A stretch of 56,670 nucleotides of DNA from a virus. Its lineage: Duplodnaviria; Heunggongvirae; Uroviricota; Caudoviricetes. Location of the stretch: IMG/VR virus record IMGVR_UViG_3300045988_159288; one strand, 5' to 3'. Of the stretch, positions 47,347 to 56,670 are shown one piece after another (position 1 is the first letter of the stretch; the number at the start of each line of letters is the position of its first letter). The translations under genes were made by a program, and so were the position numbers. The notes beneath the pieces were generated by a model. That model did no database searches and had not been told where the DNA came from. It was given only the letters and a program-made list of their open reading frames with translations.

Positions 47347-47925
47347 ATGTTGCGCTTTACTGAGGAAGAGTTTCAGGCTTTTAGTGAGCGTAGAAATAAG
47401 GGGCAGTCCAGGCCAAAAACCAAAAAGGATCCATTCTTATCGCTTGCGCCGGTAAAAGAAGTTTCTCCACATGCGAAGGCACTTGCAGCACTGGCAAAGA
47501 ACCCAGACCTGCGCGACGGAAATTGCGAGCACTTCGAGCAGGTTTTCATTTTTGATTACTTCGAACGCAAGCACCCTGACATCTATGAGCTGTTGCATGC
47601 AACGCCTAACGGAGGGAAACGTTCAAAAGCAACCGCCGGGAAAATGAAGGCTGAAGGGCAGAAAAAAGGTTATCCGGACATGAGTCTCGATAAAGCATGC
47701 GGTATTTATCACGGCATGCGAATTGAGCTTAAAGAACCAAATGGTAAAGCCCCGACGAAAGAGCAGATCGCCTGGATGCGCAGGCTTAGAGAGGAAGGTT
47801 ACTACGTCGTTCTTGCGTATGGTGCAGAACAAGCGATAACCGCCATCCTGGAATACATGAGCCTTAAAAAGGGTGAGGCTATTGAGCATGTATTGAACGG
47901 TGACAAGTGGTTGTACGCTACGTGA
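47347..47925 (+). CDS. VRR-NUC domain nuclease-like protein
   Basis: 192 aa; block GYPDMSLDKACGIYHGMRIELKEPNGKAPTKEQIAWMRRLREEGYYVVLA fits the VRR-NUC motif pattern. Confidence 0.55.
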   Translation: MLRFTEEEFQAFSERRNKGQSRPKTKKDPFLSLAPVKEVSPHAKALAALAKNPDLRDGNCEHFEQVFIFDYFERKHPDIYELLHATPNGGKRSKATAGKMKAEGQKKGYPDMSLDKACGIYHGMRIELKEPNGKAPTKEQIAWMRRLREEGYYVVLAYGAEQAITAILEYMSLKKGEAIEHVLNGDKWLYAT

Positions 47926-47992
47926 AATAATAAATTAATTAGTGCATATGTGTATCTTTGATACAGCGCACATTAACATCGGGAGAATAATC

Positions 47993-48148
47993 GTGTCATC
48001 CAAGGCTAATTATGAATCGCTGGCATCGATCATGCCGCGTAATGAACAGGAAGCAGATGCTGTAGTGGACCCGGTAATCGCTGAAATGAATGCTCGCCTG
48101 GAGGCTGAATTTGCAGCTGAGAATGAACATACCACCCAGGGCGACTAG
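47993..48148 (+). CDS. Small hypothetical protein
   Basis: GTG start after GGGAGAA; acidic 51-aa product. Confidence 0.3.
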   Translation: MSSKANYESLASIMPRNEQEADAVVDPVIAEMNARLEAEFAAENEHTTQGD

Positions 48149-48752
48149 GACTGTTTTTTGTGTCGGTAGCGGTCCGTCACTCACTCGTGAGGACTGTGCT
48201 GCTATAGAAAAAACTGGCTGTTCAATCATCGCGGTTAACAATTCCTGGCAGATGTTCGATGACATTTATGCCTTATACGCCGGTGATTTGTCATGGTGGA
48301 AGCAATACGGATCCACCATACCGGGAGGGAAATTCCGCAAAGTGACAGCCAACCTGGCGGCGGCGAAATCATTTTCGTTGGAGTACAGGCGATATTGTGG
48401 ACCGGCGGAAGGGGTAAATAGCGGCGCGCAGGCTATCAGTCTGGCTGCTGAATCAGGGGCTGAAGTAGTGGTATTAGTCGGCTATGACTGTTCTCTGCAA
48501 AACGGCCTTCATTGGCATGGCGCGCACCCTCAAGCCCTACGGAATCCAACGCAGGTGTCTATTTCAAAATGGCAACAGCAGTTCCTGGATACCCGCAAAA
48601 AACACGCAGATTTACATATTTTGAATGCAAGTAGGAGCAGTGCAATTCAATGTTTCCCAAGAATAAATTTAGAGGCAGTGATCGCGTTATTATCGTCGGC
48701 AGTGGCCCAAGCGCCGCAAACTTTGTTGCGCCGCGCGGAGTGCCGATTATAG
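48123..48752 (+). CDS. Rossmann-like protein, paralogue A (VGSGPS...IAVN motif)
   Basis: ATG at 48123; paralogous to the next gene; 3' end overlaps it by about 100 nt in another frame. Confidence 0.45.
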   Translation: MNIPPRATRTVFCVGSGPSLTREDCAAIEKTGCSIIAVNNSWQMFDDIYALYAGDLSWWKQYGSTIPGGKFRKVTANLAAAKSFSLEYRRYCGPAEGVNSGAQAISLAAESGAEVVVLVGYDCSLQNGLHWHGAHPQALRNPTQVSISKWQQQFLDTRKKHADLHILNASRSSAIQCFPRINLEAVIALLSSAVAQAPQTLLRRAECRL

Positions 48753-49276
48753 CGGTCAATGGGGCCATCGACTGGCTGAACCGCGCTTCTTATTTTTTCA
48801 CACTTGATCCATCGCCAGACAATATGCGGCGCGTTGGTCGTGGCCGCCGTCGCCGTGGTGTTTGTTATTGCATGGCACTACCCGATGTTAAAGAACGTGA
48901 AGTCAGAGACGGCGTTCTGTGCTTCCGTCGTGTGGCTGAACGTGGCATGGAGCCAAAAAATACGAATTCTCCCGAGTGGTGGGCGTGGCGCTGGTCCGCA
49001 CATTTCGGACTTTGCGAAGATGAGAATGAAATTGCCAGCGGCAATAGTGCATATGGTGCTCTGAACCTGGCTTTCCATATCGGATTCAAACATGTCGCCC
49101 TGGTGGGCGTTGACGCTACACAAGAACCACGCGTTCACTCCGGCGGCACGCCAAAAAATCTAAGTCACCTGCCTTTGTTATTCCAGTCTGCGCGTGAACG
49201 GATTGACGTTGTTTCATGCGGGAAAATGGGAGGTATTCCGCAGATGACTCTTAAAGAATGGCTGAAGAATACATGA
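48650..49276 (+). CDS. Rossmann-like protein, paralogue B (VGSGPS...IAVN motif)
   Basis: 208 aa; RBS AGGAG; stop overlaps the phosphatase start (ATGA). Confidence 0.5.
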   Translation: MFPKNKFRGSDRVIIVGSGPSAANFVAPRGVPIIAVNGAIDWLNRASYFFTLDPSPDNMRRVGRGRRRRGVCYCMALPDVKEREVRDGVLCFRRVAERGMEPKNTNSPEWWAWRWSAHFGLCEDENEIASGNSAYGALNLAFHIGFKHVALVGVDATQEPRVHSGGTPKNLSHLPLLFQSARERIDVVSCGKMGGIPQMTLKEWLKNT

Positions 49277-49950
49277 TGGCACCCACAATTTATCACCGTA
49301 TCGACGGTACCAAATACAGGAATGTCTGGGTTGTTGGTGATCTGCATGGTTGCTACACCAGACTGATGTCCGAACTCCATCGTGTGGATTTTGACCCGGC
49401 GCAGGATTTACTGATATCGGTCGGCGACCTTATCGATCGCGGTACTGAAAATGTCGAATGTCTGGAACTATTGCAGATGCCCTGGTTCAGGGCAGTGATG
49501 GGGAACCATGAGCGGCTGATGATTGATGCGTTAAGTCCAGATGGCAACGTGAATAACTGGCTAATGAATGGCGGACAATGGTTCTTCATGCTGGACACTG
49601 ATCAGGAAATATTAGCCTGGGCGCTGGTGGAGCTGGTAAAGCGTCTGCCCTATATCATTGAGTTGAACACCGGGCAAGAAACTATCGTTATAGCCCATGC
49701 CGACTATCCGGATAATGAATACCAATTCGGTAAGGAGGTACCGCTTTTCAACGTTGTCTGGGCGCGCGAGCGTATCAGTGATTCGATGGATGATATTGGT
49801 GGCGAAATTTCGGGCGCAGATCGTTTTATCTTTGGTCACACTCCGGTGAAAAGCCCGAAGACATTCTGGAATCAGCAGTATATCGACACTGGTGCCGTAT
49901 TTTGCGGAAACCTGACATTGATGAAAGTGAAAGGTGATGGTGCAGCATGA
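49273..49950 (+). CDS. ppp: Ser/Thr protein phosphatase, lambda PPase-like (metallophosphoesterase)
   Basis: GDLHG, GDLIDRG and GNHE motifs; aligns by eye over its length with lambda PPase; start at the ATGA overlap. Confidence 0.8.
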   Translation: MMAPTIYHRIDGTKYRNVWVVGDLHGCYTRLMSELHRVDFDPAQDLLISVGDLIDRGTENVECLELLQMPWFRAVMGNHERLMIDALSPDGNVNNWLMNGGQWFFMLDTDQEILAWALVELVKRLPYIIELNTGQETIVIAHADYPDNEYQFGKEVPLFNVVWARERISDSMDDIGGEISGADRFIFGHTPVKSPKTFWNQQYIDTGAVFCGNLTLMKVKGDGAA

Positions 49951-50648
49951 AGATTGCTTTAGTTTTTCGCTCTGGTGGTGACTATAACGCTTCCGATGTG
50001 CAGTGGCTGGTTAATCAACTGCCAAAAGGCTATGAAATTATTTGCCTGACAGACCTGAAGCGTTTACATGTACCTGGCGTCAAAGTTGTCCCATTGATCA
50101 ACCAGTGGCAAAAGTGCCGTGGCTGGTGGGCGAAAATCGAGTTGTTCCGACCGGATATAACCGATGATCTGTTCTATCTGGATTTGGACACGGTTATTGC
50201 CGGTGATATACGCCCAATCCTAGAGCATCCACCAACCAGCTTCACCATGCTTAGGGATTTTTACCATCCACAATATCGTGGCAGCGGTGCCCTGTGGATA
50301 CCAAATAGTGTTAAAGCGCATATCTGGAGTTCATTCTGGCAAGATCCGGAAGGTTGGATTTCTCGTTGTGTCACTACTGAGTGTTGGGGTGACCAGGGGT
50401 TCTTACGAAAGGTTATGGGCGATGATACACCAGCATTTCAGGATCTGTATCCAGGATGGTTTGTAAGTTACAAGGCCGATGTTGTGGAACCTGGTTCAAA
50501 ATATGCGAGCGCGCGTTACTCCAGGGGGAATGGGGCATTACCAAAAGACTGCCGAATAATCTTTTTCCACGGCAAACCGCGACCTCGCGAAGTGTCAGAG
50601 GATTGGCTTCCCCTTATCAGCTCATTTTTTGAGCGGGAATCAGAATAA
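49947..50648 (+). CDS. Hypothetical protein, possible nucleotidyl/glycosyl transferase
   Basis: 233 aa; YLDLDTV (DxD-like); ATGA overlap with ppp. Confidence 0.4.
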   Translation: MKIALVFRSGGDYNASDVQWLVNQLPKGYEIICLTDLKRLHVPGVKVVPLINQWQKCRGWWAKIELFRPDITDDLFYLDLDTVIAGDIRPILEHPPTSFTMLRDFYHPQYRGSGALWIPNSVKAHIWSSFWQDPEGWISRCVTTECWGDQGFLRKVMGDDTPAFQDLYPGWFVSYKADVVEPGSKYASARYSRGNGALPKDCRIIFFHGKPRPREVSEDWLPLISSFFERESE

Positions 50649-50649
50649 T

Positions 50650-50666
50650 ATTGCTCTAATAATTCC
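50650..50666 (+). promoter_or_regulatory. C1-type operator (first of an inverted pair)
   Basis: ATTGCTCTAATAATTCC, 14 of 17. Confidence 0.5.
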
Positions 50667-50674
50667 ATATTTTT

Positions 50675-50704
50675 AAAACGTGATGTACACTCATCACGTT
50701 TTTT
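50675..50704 (+). terminator. Intrinsic terminator lying between the two operators
   Basis: AAAACGTGATG-tacac-TCATCACG-TTTTTT. Confidence 0.6.
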
Positions 50705-50715
50705 ATTAGAGCAAT
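50699..50715 (-). promoter_or_regulatory. C1-type operator (second of the inverted pair)
   Basis: Minus strand ATTGCTCTAATAAAAAA, 14 of 17; shares the terminator T-tract. Confidence 0.5.
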
Positions 50716-50729
50716 CTACAAGGTGCACT

Positions 50730-50948
50730 ATGTGGCCATTCCGACGGAAATATCACTACTGGCTGATCGCCTTTGTTACGCCGACCGGCGGTATCAGGCA
50801 TGTCATCACCAGGTATCGCAACAAGAGACTCACCTTAGCCAGAATTTTACAGGCTGCCATAGGTGAGGGACTGGATACAAATTGCGTAGTCCTTCCTCCT
50901 TCATACTTAGGAAAAATGACCGAAGCACAAGCTAATACGGAACTTTGA
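50730..50948 (+). CDS. Small basic protein
   Basis: 72 aa; RBS AAGGTG; stop adjacent to the next start. Confidence 0.4.
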   Translation: MWPFRRKYHYWLIAFVTPTGGIRHVITRYRNKRLTLARILQAAIGEGLDTNCVVLPPSYLGKMTEAQANTEL

Positions 50949-50949
50949 A

Positions 50950-52212
50950 ATGAGCACTTCAGCACAAAACCAATCAATCGAAAATGTATCTATCCCTGAT
51001 GTCCTGAATGCCGGTATCCCGGCCATTATCCAGAACATCCGGGCCGCGCAACGCCGCGTTAGTTGTGATGACCTCACAGCACGTTTTTTTGATAATGCGG
51101 TTCAGTCAGCGGAGATGCTTCACGCACAGCTTATTGATGTTTATAACGCAGAAGCTGATAGCCATAACTCCCTGGTAGATGCAGCTGAAAATATGCAGTT
51201 GGATCTCGGTCTGAAGGGTAAAGAAATTGAAGAGCTTCAGCTGCAAATTGAACATTTGAAACGCCAGCAACAGGACGCGATCGACGATGCGACGCATGAC
51301 GCCAACCAGCGTGCTGATAATGCCGAACGTATAAGCATTGAGCTGGAAACAAAACTCAATGAAATGACCGCGATGGTTGAACTGCGGAACTCACAGATTT
51401 CAACGCTAAAATCTCAATATAAAGAGATCATGAAACTTGATCCTTTTAACCTTGAGAAACGCTATAACAAAGCTAAAAGCGAGCGACAGGAACTGCGTAA
51501 GCAGGTCGCCGACCTTAACCAACAGCTCAAAAAAACTATTAAAGATGCAAGCGAAGCGCGCGTGGCATTTGCTAATAAAAAAGCAGAGGTTACCGCGCTG
51601 GTTAATGAGAATGCCAAATTTGCGACGCTCAAGAAGGAAATGTATGGCATTACTGAGCGCCGTTTCCCTGCAAGCAAACTTCATCCGACGTTAGGGCAAA
51701 TCTCCTTCTTCCCGCGCCTCCTGGCTTATGGGATCTCATCGCCTAAAGAGTTCAATAACGAGCGTCCTTATATCGTTTCTAAGCTGGACTTTGCTTATCA
51801 GTTCTGCTGCGACATGGGCTATGCCATTGATATCCGGATCAACGAATGGTTGATGCCAAACTTCCAGCCGCTGGCCATTTTCCGCGAGTTCCAGCCGGAA
51901 GGTTGGGTAGAGTTCTTCCATGAATTGATCTGTAAAGAGATGGAAAGCCGCCGCCCGGAACTGGTCCGCCGTGTCGAGTGGGCGCAAGAGGTTATGTTGG
52001 CAGATGCAGAGCTGCCGTTCGAACCGGAATTTATTGATGATCTGGCAGCTAAAGGGCTGCATACCCTGTTTGATGTGGTTACCCGCCGTCATGAGCAGTT
52101 GGTTGTCGAATTGGGTTTAGAGGAAACAGCGGCAAGAAGACTTCTCGATGTTTGCTATGCACGTAGCGATGCATGGGAAAAAGAGAACGGCGGCACTATT
52201 TACGTTCGCTGA
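50950..52212 (+). CDS. Coiled-coil protein with globular C-terminal domain
   Basis: 420 aa; about 200 aa of heptad-like coiled coil. Confidence 0.45.
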   Translation: MSTSAQNQSIENVSIPDVLNAGIPAIIQNIRAAQRRVSCDDLTARFFDNAVQSAEMLHAQLIDVYNAEADSHNSLVDAAENMQLDLGLKGKEIEELQLQIEHLKRQQQDAIDDATHDANQRADNAERISIELETKLNEMTAMVELRNSQISTLKSQYKEIMKLDPFNLEKRYNKAKSERQELRKQVADLNQQLKKTIKDASEARVAFANKKAEVTALVNENAKFATLKKEMYGITERRFPASKLHPTLGQISFFPRLLAYGISSPKEFNNERPYIVSKLDFAYQFCCDMGYAIDIRINEWLMPNFQPLAIFREFQPEGWVEFFHELICKEMESRRPELVRRVEWAQEVMLADAELPFEPEFIDDLAAKGLHTLFDVVTRRHEQLVVELGLEETAARRLLDVCYARSDAWEKENGGTIYVR

Positions 52213-52231
52213 CAGTTACAGTGTCACTTTT

Positions 52232-52266
52232 AATGCTGGTGGAGTGCGCCCACCAGCATTTTTTTC
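52232..52266 (+). terminator. Intrinsic terminator
   Basis: AATGCTGGTGG-agtgcgc-CCACCAGCATT followed by TTTTTT. Confidence 0.75.
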
Positions 52267-52284
52267 GTCCAATGAGGAGGGCAT

Positions 52285-52791
52285 TTGAGTATTTTCAATA
52301 AACACGCACACCAGGAACGTCCGTATATCGTCATAGTTGATATTGATGGAACAATATCAGAGGCAACTGAAGACAGACTGCATTTGCTTCCGCCACCAGG
52401 TAAAGGTGCATTAACAAAGGACTGGAACGAGTTTAATCTCGCCTGTGACACCGATACTCCCATCACTTCAGTTATTGATATGGTGCGCCAGTTATTTAAC
52501 GTTTACACGGTCTGGTTTGTAACCGGGCGCTGTGAGATCGCAAGGGATAAAACACGAGCCTGGCTGCGGAAGTACGTAACAAACGGGGCTGAGCCTTTGC
52601 TATCTATGCGTCCTGCCACCGATGACAGAAATGACGGCCCAGCAAAGATTGATCTCCTTAAGAAAATTGGTCTAAGTAAAATCGCGTTCGCGCTGGAAGA
52701 TAAGATTGAAGTGGCGCGTGTTTTCAGGAGGCACGGCGTGCTTACGTTAATGGTCAGGGAGTATGAAAATGCGCTTCTTCATCAACAATGA
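52285..52791 (+). CDS. HAD-superfamily phosphatase-like protein
   Basis: 168 aa; motif I IVIVDIDGT near the N-terminus. Confidence 0.5.
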   Translation: MSIFNKHAHQERPYIVIVDIDGTISEATEDRLHLLPPPGKGALTKDWNEFNLACDTDTPITSVIDMVRQLFNVYTVWFVTGRCEIARDKTRAWLRKYVTNGAEPLLSMRPATDDRNDGPAKIDLLKKIGLSKIAFALEDKIEVARVFRRHGVLTLMVREYENALLHQQ

Positions 52792-52807
52792 TTGCTCTAA
52801 TAAATCT
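52791..52807 (+). promoter_or_regulatory. C1-type operator with embedded promoter
   Basis: ATTGCTCTAATAAATCT, 16 of 17; TTGCTC-N17-TAAAAC. Confidence 0.65.
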
Positions 52808-52889
52808 TGATTTTTAAAACGGAGAAAGTGAAAATAAAAACATGCCGCAAGGCGCGGCATGTATCCAATCAATCACAGGAGCTGAAAAT

Positions 52890-52976
52890 ATGAACACGGC
52901 ATTCAAAATCATTATGGCCGCGATCTATTTCTGGCTGTTCTCTATCACTTTTGGCGGCATCGTCGCACATGGGTAA
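52890..52976 (+). CDS. 28-aa hydrophobic peptide (candidate small membrane protein)
   Basis: ATG 9 nt after AGGAG; MNTAFKIIMAAIYFWLFSITFGGIVAHG; sits between the operator-promoter and the next gene. Confidence 0.3.
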   Translation: MNTAFKIIMAAIYFWLFSITFGGIVAHG

Positions 52977-52985
52977 GGGGGATGC

Positions 52986-53567
52986 ATGAAAGGCGAAGTG
53001 AAAGAGCGCGGCATGATTTTCAACGATGAGATGGTCCGGGCAATTCTTGGCGGGAATAAAACACAGACTCGCAGGATTGTTGAAGAAAAATTCTATGGAC
53101 GGGCAGTGGCCGCAGAGTTGCTTGCTAAGCATTGTCCATATGGTCAACCGGGCGATCGTATTTGGGTTCGCGAAACCTACCGGGTACATGGCAAAGCGAC
53201 GGACGTCGCAACGCTGGTTTATCGCGCAAGCGTGCGTAACTCCTGGACAGAACAAACGCACCGGGTTCCGGTCGAGGTTTGTAATAAACCAGTATCAGAA
53301 AAGTGGACGCCATCAATTCACATGCCGCGCTGGGCATCGCGCATTCTTCTGGAAATTACCAACGTGCGCGTTGAGCGGTTGAACGATATCAGCGAATGCG
53401 ATGCAAGGGCTGAGGGCGCACCAACAGAATCGACCCTCATTGGCGATAAGCATTACCCAGGTTTCCGTAGCCTATGGAAATCAATTTATGGCGAAGATAG
53501 TTGGAACGCTAATCCCTGGGTGTGGGTAATCGAGTTTGAGCGTATTCAGGGGGCAACCAGTGAGTAA
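52986..53567 (+). CDS. Hypothetical protein (possible ASCH-like fold)
   Basis: 193 aa; RBS AAGGGGGA directly upstream. Confidence 0.4.
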   Translation: MKGEVKERGMIFNDEMVRAILGGNKTQTRRIVEEKFYGRAVAAELLAKHCPYGQPGDRIWVRETYRVHGKATDVATLVYRASVRNSWTEQTHRVPVEVCNKPVSEKWTPSIHMPRWASRILLEITNVRVERLNDISECDARAEGAPTESTLIGDKHYPGFRSLWKSIYGEDSWNANPWVWVIEFERIQGATSE

Positions 53568-54204
53568 CCGTTTTTACATGATGTGCTTGCGTGAAACTGT
53601 GGGTAATAACGCCTCATTCCATTGCCATAACGGCAATGGTTACAGTTCTGATATCGATCGCGCTCATATTTACACGCTGGAAGAAGCCCAAAAAGCCTGG
53701 AATTGTGGGCGAGATATCGATCAGCCTGTTTGTGCCGATAGTGTGGATGCAATGGCTGTGTGGCACGTTGATTGCCAGTACATCCCTACAGAAAGCCTGA
53801 TTGAGTCAGATTGCACTGAGTATGTGGCCTACAAAAAAGGTAGCTGGAACGGCAACGATGTTTACTGGCTTCAACACGGTGGATTGCCAACAGATGACTT
53901 CAGTAAAGCGACCATCTTTAGCGTCGTCAACAAAAACGAACCAGGAATAGTTTGGTTGCCATTTTCCATTGCTGATGCAGCAAAGCGCCGGACGTTCAAT
54001 ATCAATAACTTTAACCGCAGAACAATGGTTCAGGGCGCAGGTTTGGTCATGCCTGACTGGTTGAAAAAGCAGAACAGAAGAAAGAAGTCGCGAAGCGGGA
54101 AGGTGCGTTGGAATTGTCCGCATTGCGGAAAAATCACCTGGCAGTACAGCCCATATGATTTTGAAGGCTGTCGTGATTACAACTGTGAAGGATGGCGAGA
54201 ATGA
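53560..54204 (+). CDS. Cys-rich hypothetical protein
   Basis: GTG start overlapping the upstream stop; multiple Cys pairs including a C-terminal CPHCG...C...C. Confidence 0.4.
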   Translation: MSNRFYMMCLRETVGNNASFHCHNGNGYSSDIDRAHIYTLEEAQKAWNCGRDIDQPVCADSVDAMAVWHVDCQYIPTESLIESDCTEYVAYKKGSWNGNDVYWLQHGGLPTDDFSKATIFSVVNKNEPGIVWLPFSIADAAKRRTFNINNFNRRTMVQGAGLVMPDWLKKQNRRKKSRSGKVRWNCPHCGKITWQYSPYDFEGCRDYNCEGWRE

Positions 54205-54902
54205 CAATTGACTATCAAGAACTGCGCGAGGCGGCGGAACAGGCAACGCAAGATGAATGGGTAGCATATATTTTGCCGGGTCATAACGGCATTTATCCTG
54301 CGCGCACGTCTGAGGGTAGGCATTGCGGATACTTTATTGACTGGCCTGGCATTGATGGGCAAAGGAATGCTGGTGCTAATGCCCGTTATATCGCGGCTAT
54401 CCCACCAAAAGTTGCGCTGGCACTCCTGGGCGAAATTAAGCGCCTGGAGGACACAAATATTGATGCTATGTGCCGAATAGCACCGCTTGAGACTAAGCTC
54501 GCGGCTCTGGTGGCAGAGAACGCCGGGCTGAAACTCGCAATGGCTGTAACTCTTGATCATGTGTCGGTCACGGATGCAGGGCAGGCCGGAGTTGCTGCAA
54601 TGATTATCAACGATGCCCTGCACCACAGCGAAACTCCAGCTACCGATGCTTTTCTGGCTGAAATTCGTGCGGAAGCACGCAACGAGGGGATTAACTATAC
54701 CGCCAGCCGTCTTGCTGCTGCGTTCAATCACGGATTTATCAATAAGTCTTTGCGTGAAGTTTTCGACGTTACACGCATGATTTTGTCAGCGAAAGAAGAG
54801 TTGGCTAATGAAGCGCATCCGATTGATGGCCTGTCTGGTGAATATGCGGAGAAATCCCTTGAAGAATGGGCGGAACAGATTCGCAAAGGAAGCAGCCAGT
54901 GA
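54201..54902 (+). CDS. Ead/Ea22-like protein, paralogue 1
   Basis: N-terminal MTIDYQELREAAEQAT; C-terminal block ATDAFLAEIRAE...EQIRKG shared with the gene at 55186. Confidence 0.5.
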   Translation: MTIDYQELREAAEQATQDEWVAYILPGHNGIYPARTSEGRHCGYFIDWPGIDGQRNAGANARYIAAIPPKVALALLGEIKRLEDTNIDAMCRIAPLETKLAALVAENAGLKLAMAVTLDHVSVTDAGQAGVAAMIINDALHHSETPATDAFLAEIRAEARNEGINYTASRLAAAFNHGFINKSLREVFDVTRMILSAKEELANEAHPIDGLSGEYAEKSLEEWAEQIRKGSSQ

Positions 54903-55189
54903 ATATCGACACGACAATAACGATCGATACGCTCCTAAATACCGGTCTGGCACTTCTCGGTTGGCTTTACATCATGTCCCGCACATGGCGATGGCTGGGT
55001 TCCATTTTCCTAAAACAGTGGAAAAAACGGCGCAAACAGGAACTACGCCAGAAGGCATTAGAAGCGTTCTATGACGCATTTGAGCTTAGCCGCATTGAAC
55101 CAGGTACAACAGCCAGGATAGCGACAAAAGGCGACCTGATGATAGTGATGTTCCGACAGGAGAGAGCAGAGAAAGGGGAATCAGCATGA
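54898..55189 (+). CDS. Small membrane protein
   Basis: GTG start at a GTGA overlap after AAAGGAAGCAG; one TM helix. Confidence 0.35.
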
Positions 55190-55920
55190 AAATTTCCAAA
55201 TTTTCTGAGTTGGTGAATCGTATTTTGTCCAACAACCACAGCCATCGTCGCGATATGGATGTAACAATCGTTGTTCATTCGCCTGGCAGCATTGGTTCAA
55301 CACCTTCAGTTGAGGTTCAGTCAATTCACGCTGGTTTTGATTGGGATTCCGGGAAAGTGCTTATTTTCCCATCACAGCCACTGACCACGCTAACACCAGA
55401 ACAGATTACTGATATCACTGATAGTGTGCGCAAAGGTCAGTCTTGGCACGCATATCAGGAATACAAGAAGCATCAAGAGCAGTTGGAAAAATTGTCGATT
55501 GAACTGGATGCCGCAAAACAGCGCATTGCAGAGCTGGAGGGTAATCGCACGGCGCTGGCAGTGGAGAATGAGCTGGCTCGTAAGGCATTTCAGGCATTCT
55601 GCGATGTTGTTGGCGACAACACCGAGGTTATCGCTGAGGTGGTTGGGCGAGATGGCGTTCTGGTTATTTTGAAGGCCATGAAGGCAACAGGAAATATGTC
55701 AGCCACCGACGCTTTCTTGGCTGAAGTCCGGGCGCAGGGGGTGGATGCTGCTATAGAAGCTGCAAAAAATCTGGTGGCCCAAGAATATGAGTATAAGGAT
55801 TTCAAAGCGGCGCAGAGTGATTGCTGTATGCACCCTGGTTCAGACCTGGTAGGGAAGGTTGAAATGACTGAGTGGTTAGTTGACTTTGCTGCCCAGCTTC
55901 GCAAAGGAGGCAACCAGTGA
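55186..55920 (+). CDS. Ea22-like family protein, paralogue 2
   Basis: 244 aa; C-terminal domain paralogous to the 54201 gene. Confidence 0.45.
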   Translation: MKISKFSELVNRILSNNHSHRRDMDVTIVVHSPGSIGSTPSVEVQSIHAGFDWDSGKVLIFPSQPLTTLTPEQITDITDSVRKGQSWHAYQEYKKHQEQLEKLSIELDAAKQRIAELEGNRTALAVENELARKAFQAFCDVVGDNTEVIAEVVGRDGVLVILKAMKATGNMSATDAFLAEVRAQGVDAAIEAAKNLVAQEYEYKDFKAAQSDCCMHPGSDLVGKVEMTEWLVDFAAQLRKGGNQ

Positions 55921-56216
55921 CTGTATGTCTTATTGATAAACGTCGACGTGGGCAACAAATACCATCTGTTGAAATGCCGAATCACACATGGTTTTGCGTA
56001 CTTGATATCGATGGTATGGATACGTTGGTTGACACTCGTCATTACTGCGATACCGCAACAGCTACTCCGGCGAAAGCAAAGAAAATGGCTGCTCTGATAG
56101 AAAACTGGACTCCACCTGATGGTTGGTGCAATGGGAATGATCGAGATTGGCACGAAAAAATGAAGGGCTATATCTGCGATTTTTTACGTAAATGCAACGG
56201 CTTCAGGGTGATGTGA
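55917..56216 (+). CDS. Cys-rich small protein
   Basis: 99 aa; GTGA overlap with the upstream gene. Confidence 0.35.
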   Translation: MTVCLIDKRRRGQQIPSVEMPNHTWFCVLDIDGMDTLVDTRHYCDTATATPAKAKKMAALIENWTPPDGWCNGNDRDWHEKMKGYICDFLRKCNGFRVM

Positions 56217-56217
56217 T

Positions 56218-56670
56218 ATGACCAAAATTAACTATCAGGCACTGCGTGAGGCGGCAGAACGTGCAATTCCGGCAATGGAACGCCTGTTAATGTTGCCAGT
56301 TGATGATGATCTGATAAGCGAACAGGAACTTAAAGATTACGGTGTGGATATTGATGCGCTCAACGCCTTCAAATTTCTGGCCGGACCAGAAACCGTGCTG
56401 GCACTACTGGATGAACGGGAAAGAAACCAGCAATACATCAAATCCCGCGACCAGGAGAACGAGGATATTGCGCTAACGGTAGGGAAGTTGCGCGTTGAGC
56501 TTGAGGCAGAAAAACAGCGGGCAAAGGATCTGTTTATGGAAAATGCTCGGCTTAAGTCAGGTATAGCCGGTCTGATACACCTCGGTATTCGATATGCAGA
56601 TGTTGATGTCATGAAAATTGCTGGAGATGCCCAGCTTTCTACCCCATGCACTGACAGCATCATAAACAGC
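56218..56670 (+). CDS. Ead/Ea22-like protein, paralogue 3 (3' end beyond the window)
   Basis: ATG after AGGGTG; MTKINYQALREAAERA N-terminus parallels the 54201 gene; open to the window end. Confidence 0.45.
   Translation, partial: MTKINYQALREAAERAIPAMERLLMLPVDDDLISEQELKDYGVDIDALNAFKFLAGPETVLALLDERERNQQYIKSRDQENEDIALTVGKLRVELEAEKQRAKDLFMENARLKSGIAGLIHLGIRYADVDVMKIAGDAQLSTPCTDSIINS

Overview
Read by eye from the sequence and ORF track only; no database search, alignment or RNA fold was run. The window is a contiguous segment of a phage P1-family phage-plasmid. Directly recognisable are the plasmid maintenance core (repA flanked by 5 upstream and 9 downstream 19-bp iterons, an origin with DnaA boxes and five GATC sites, parA-parB-parS), an immunity-type module (structured RNA region, icd, ant, kilA, repL), at least eight copies of the 17-bp C1-repressor operator, a ban (DnaB-like helicase) operon with three tRNAs (Asn-GTT, Thr-TGT, Ile-CAU), a fused C5-cytosine/N6-adenine methyltransferase, an RdgC homologue, and late morphogenetic operons (tape-measure/transglycosylase, baseplate, sheath, tube, putative major head protein, tail fibre). 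The 3' end of the tail-fibre gene runs into an IS21-family (IS100-like) element that continues off the window start. The signals I rate most worth follow-up are: (1) an AT-rich three-gene cassette of envelope proteins at 14008-15966, at the locus where P1 carries superimmunity genes; (2) a tandem array of five tRNA-like hairpin units at 36993-38225 just after the two canonical tRNAs; (3) the IS insertion into the receptor-binding end of the tail fibre. Gene symbols are given only where domain content, size and synteny agree; P1 positional names mentioned in calls are from memory of the P1 map and are tentative.
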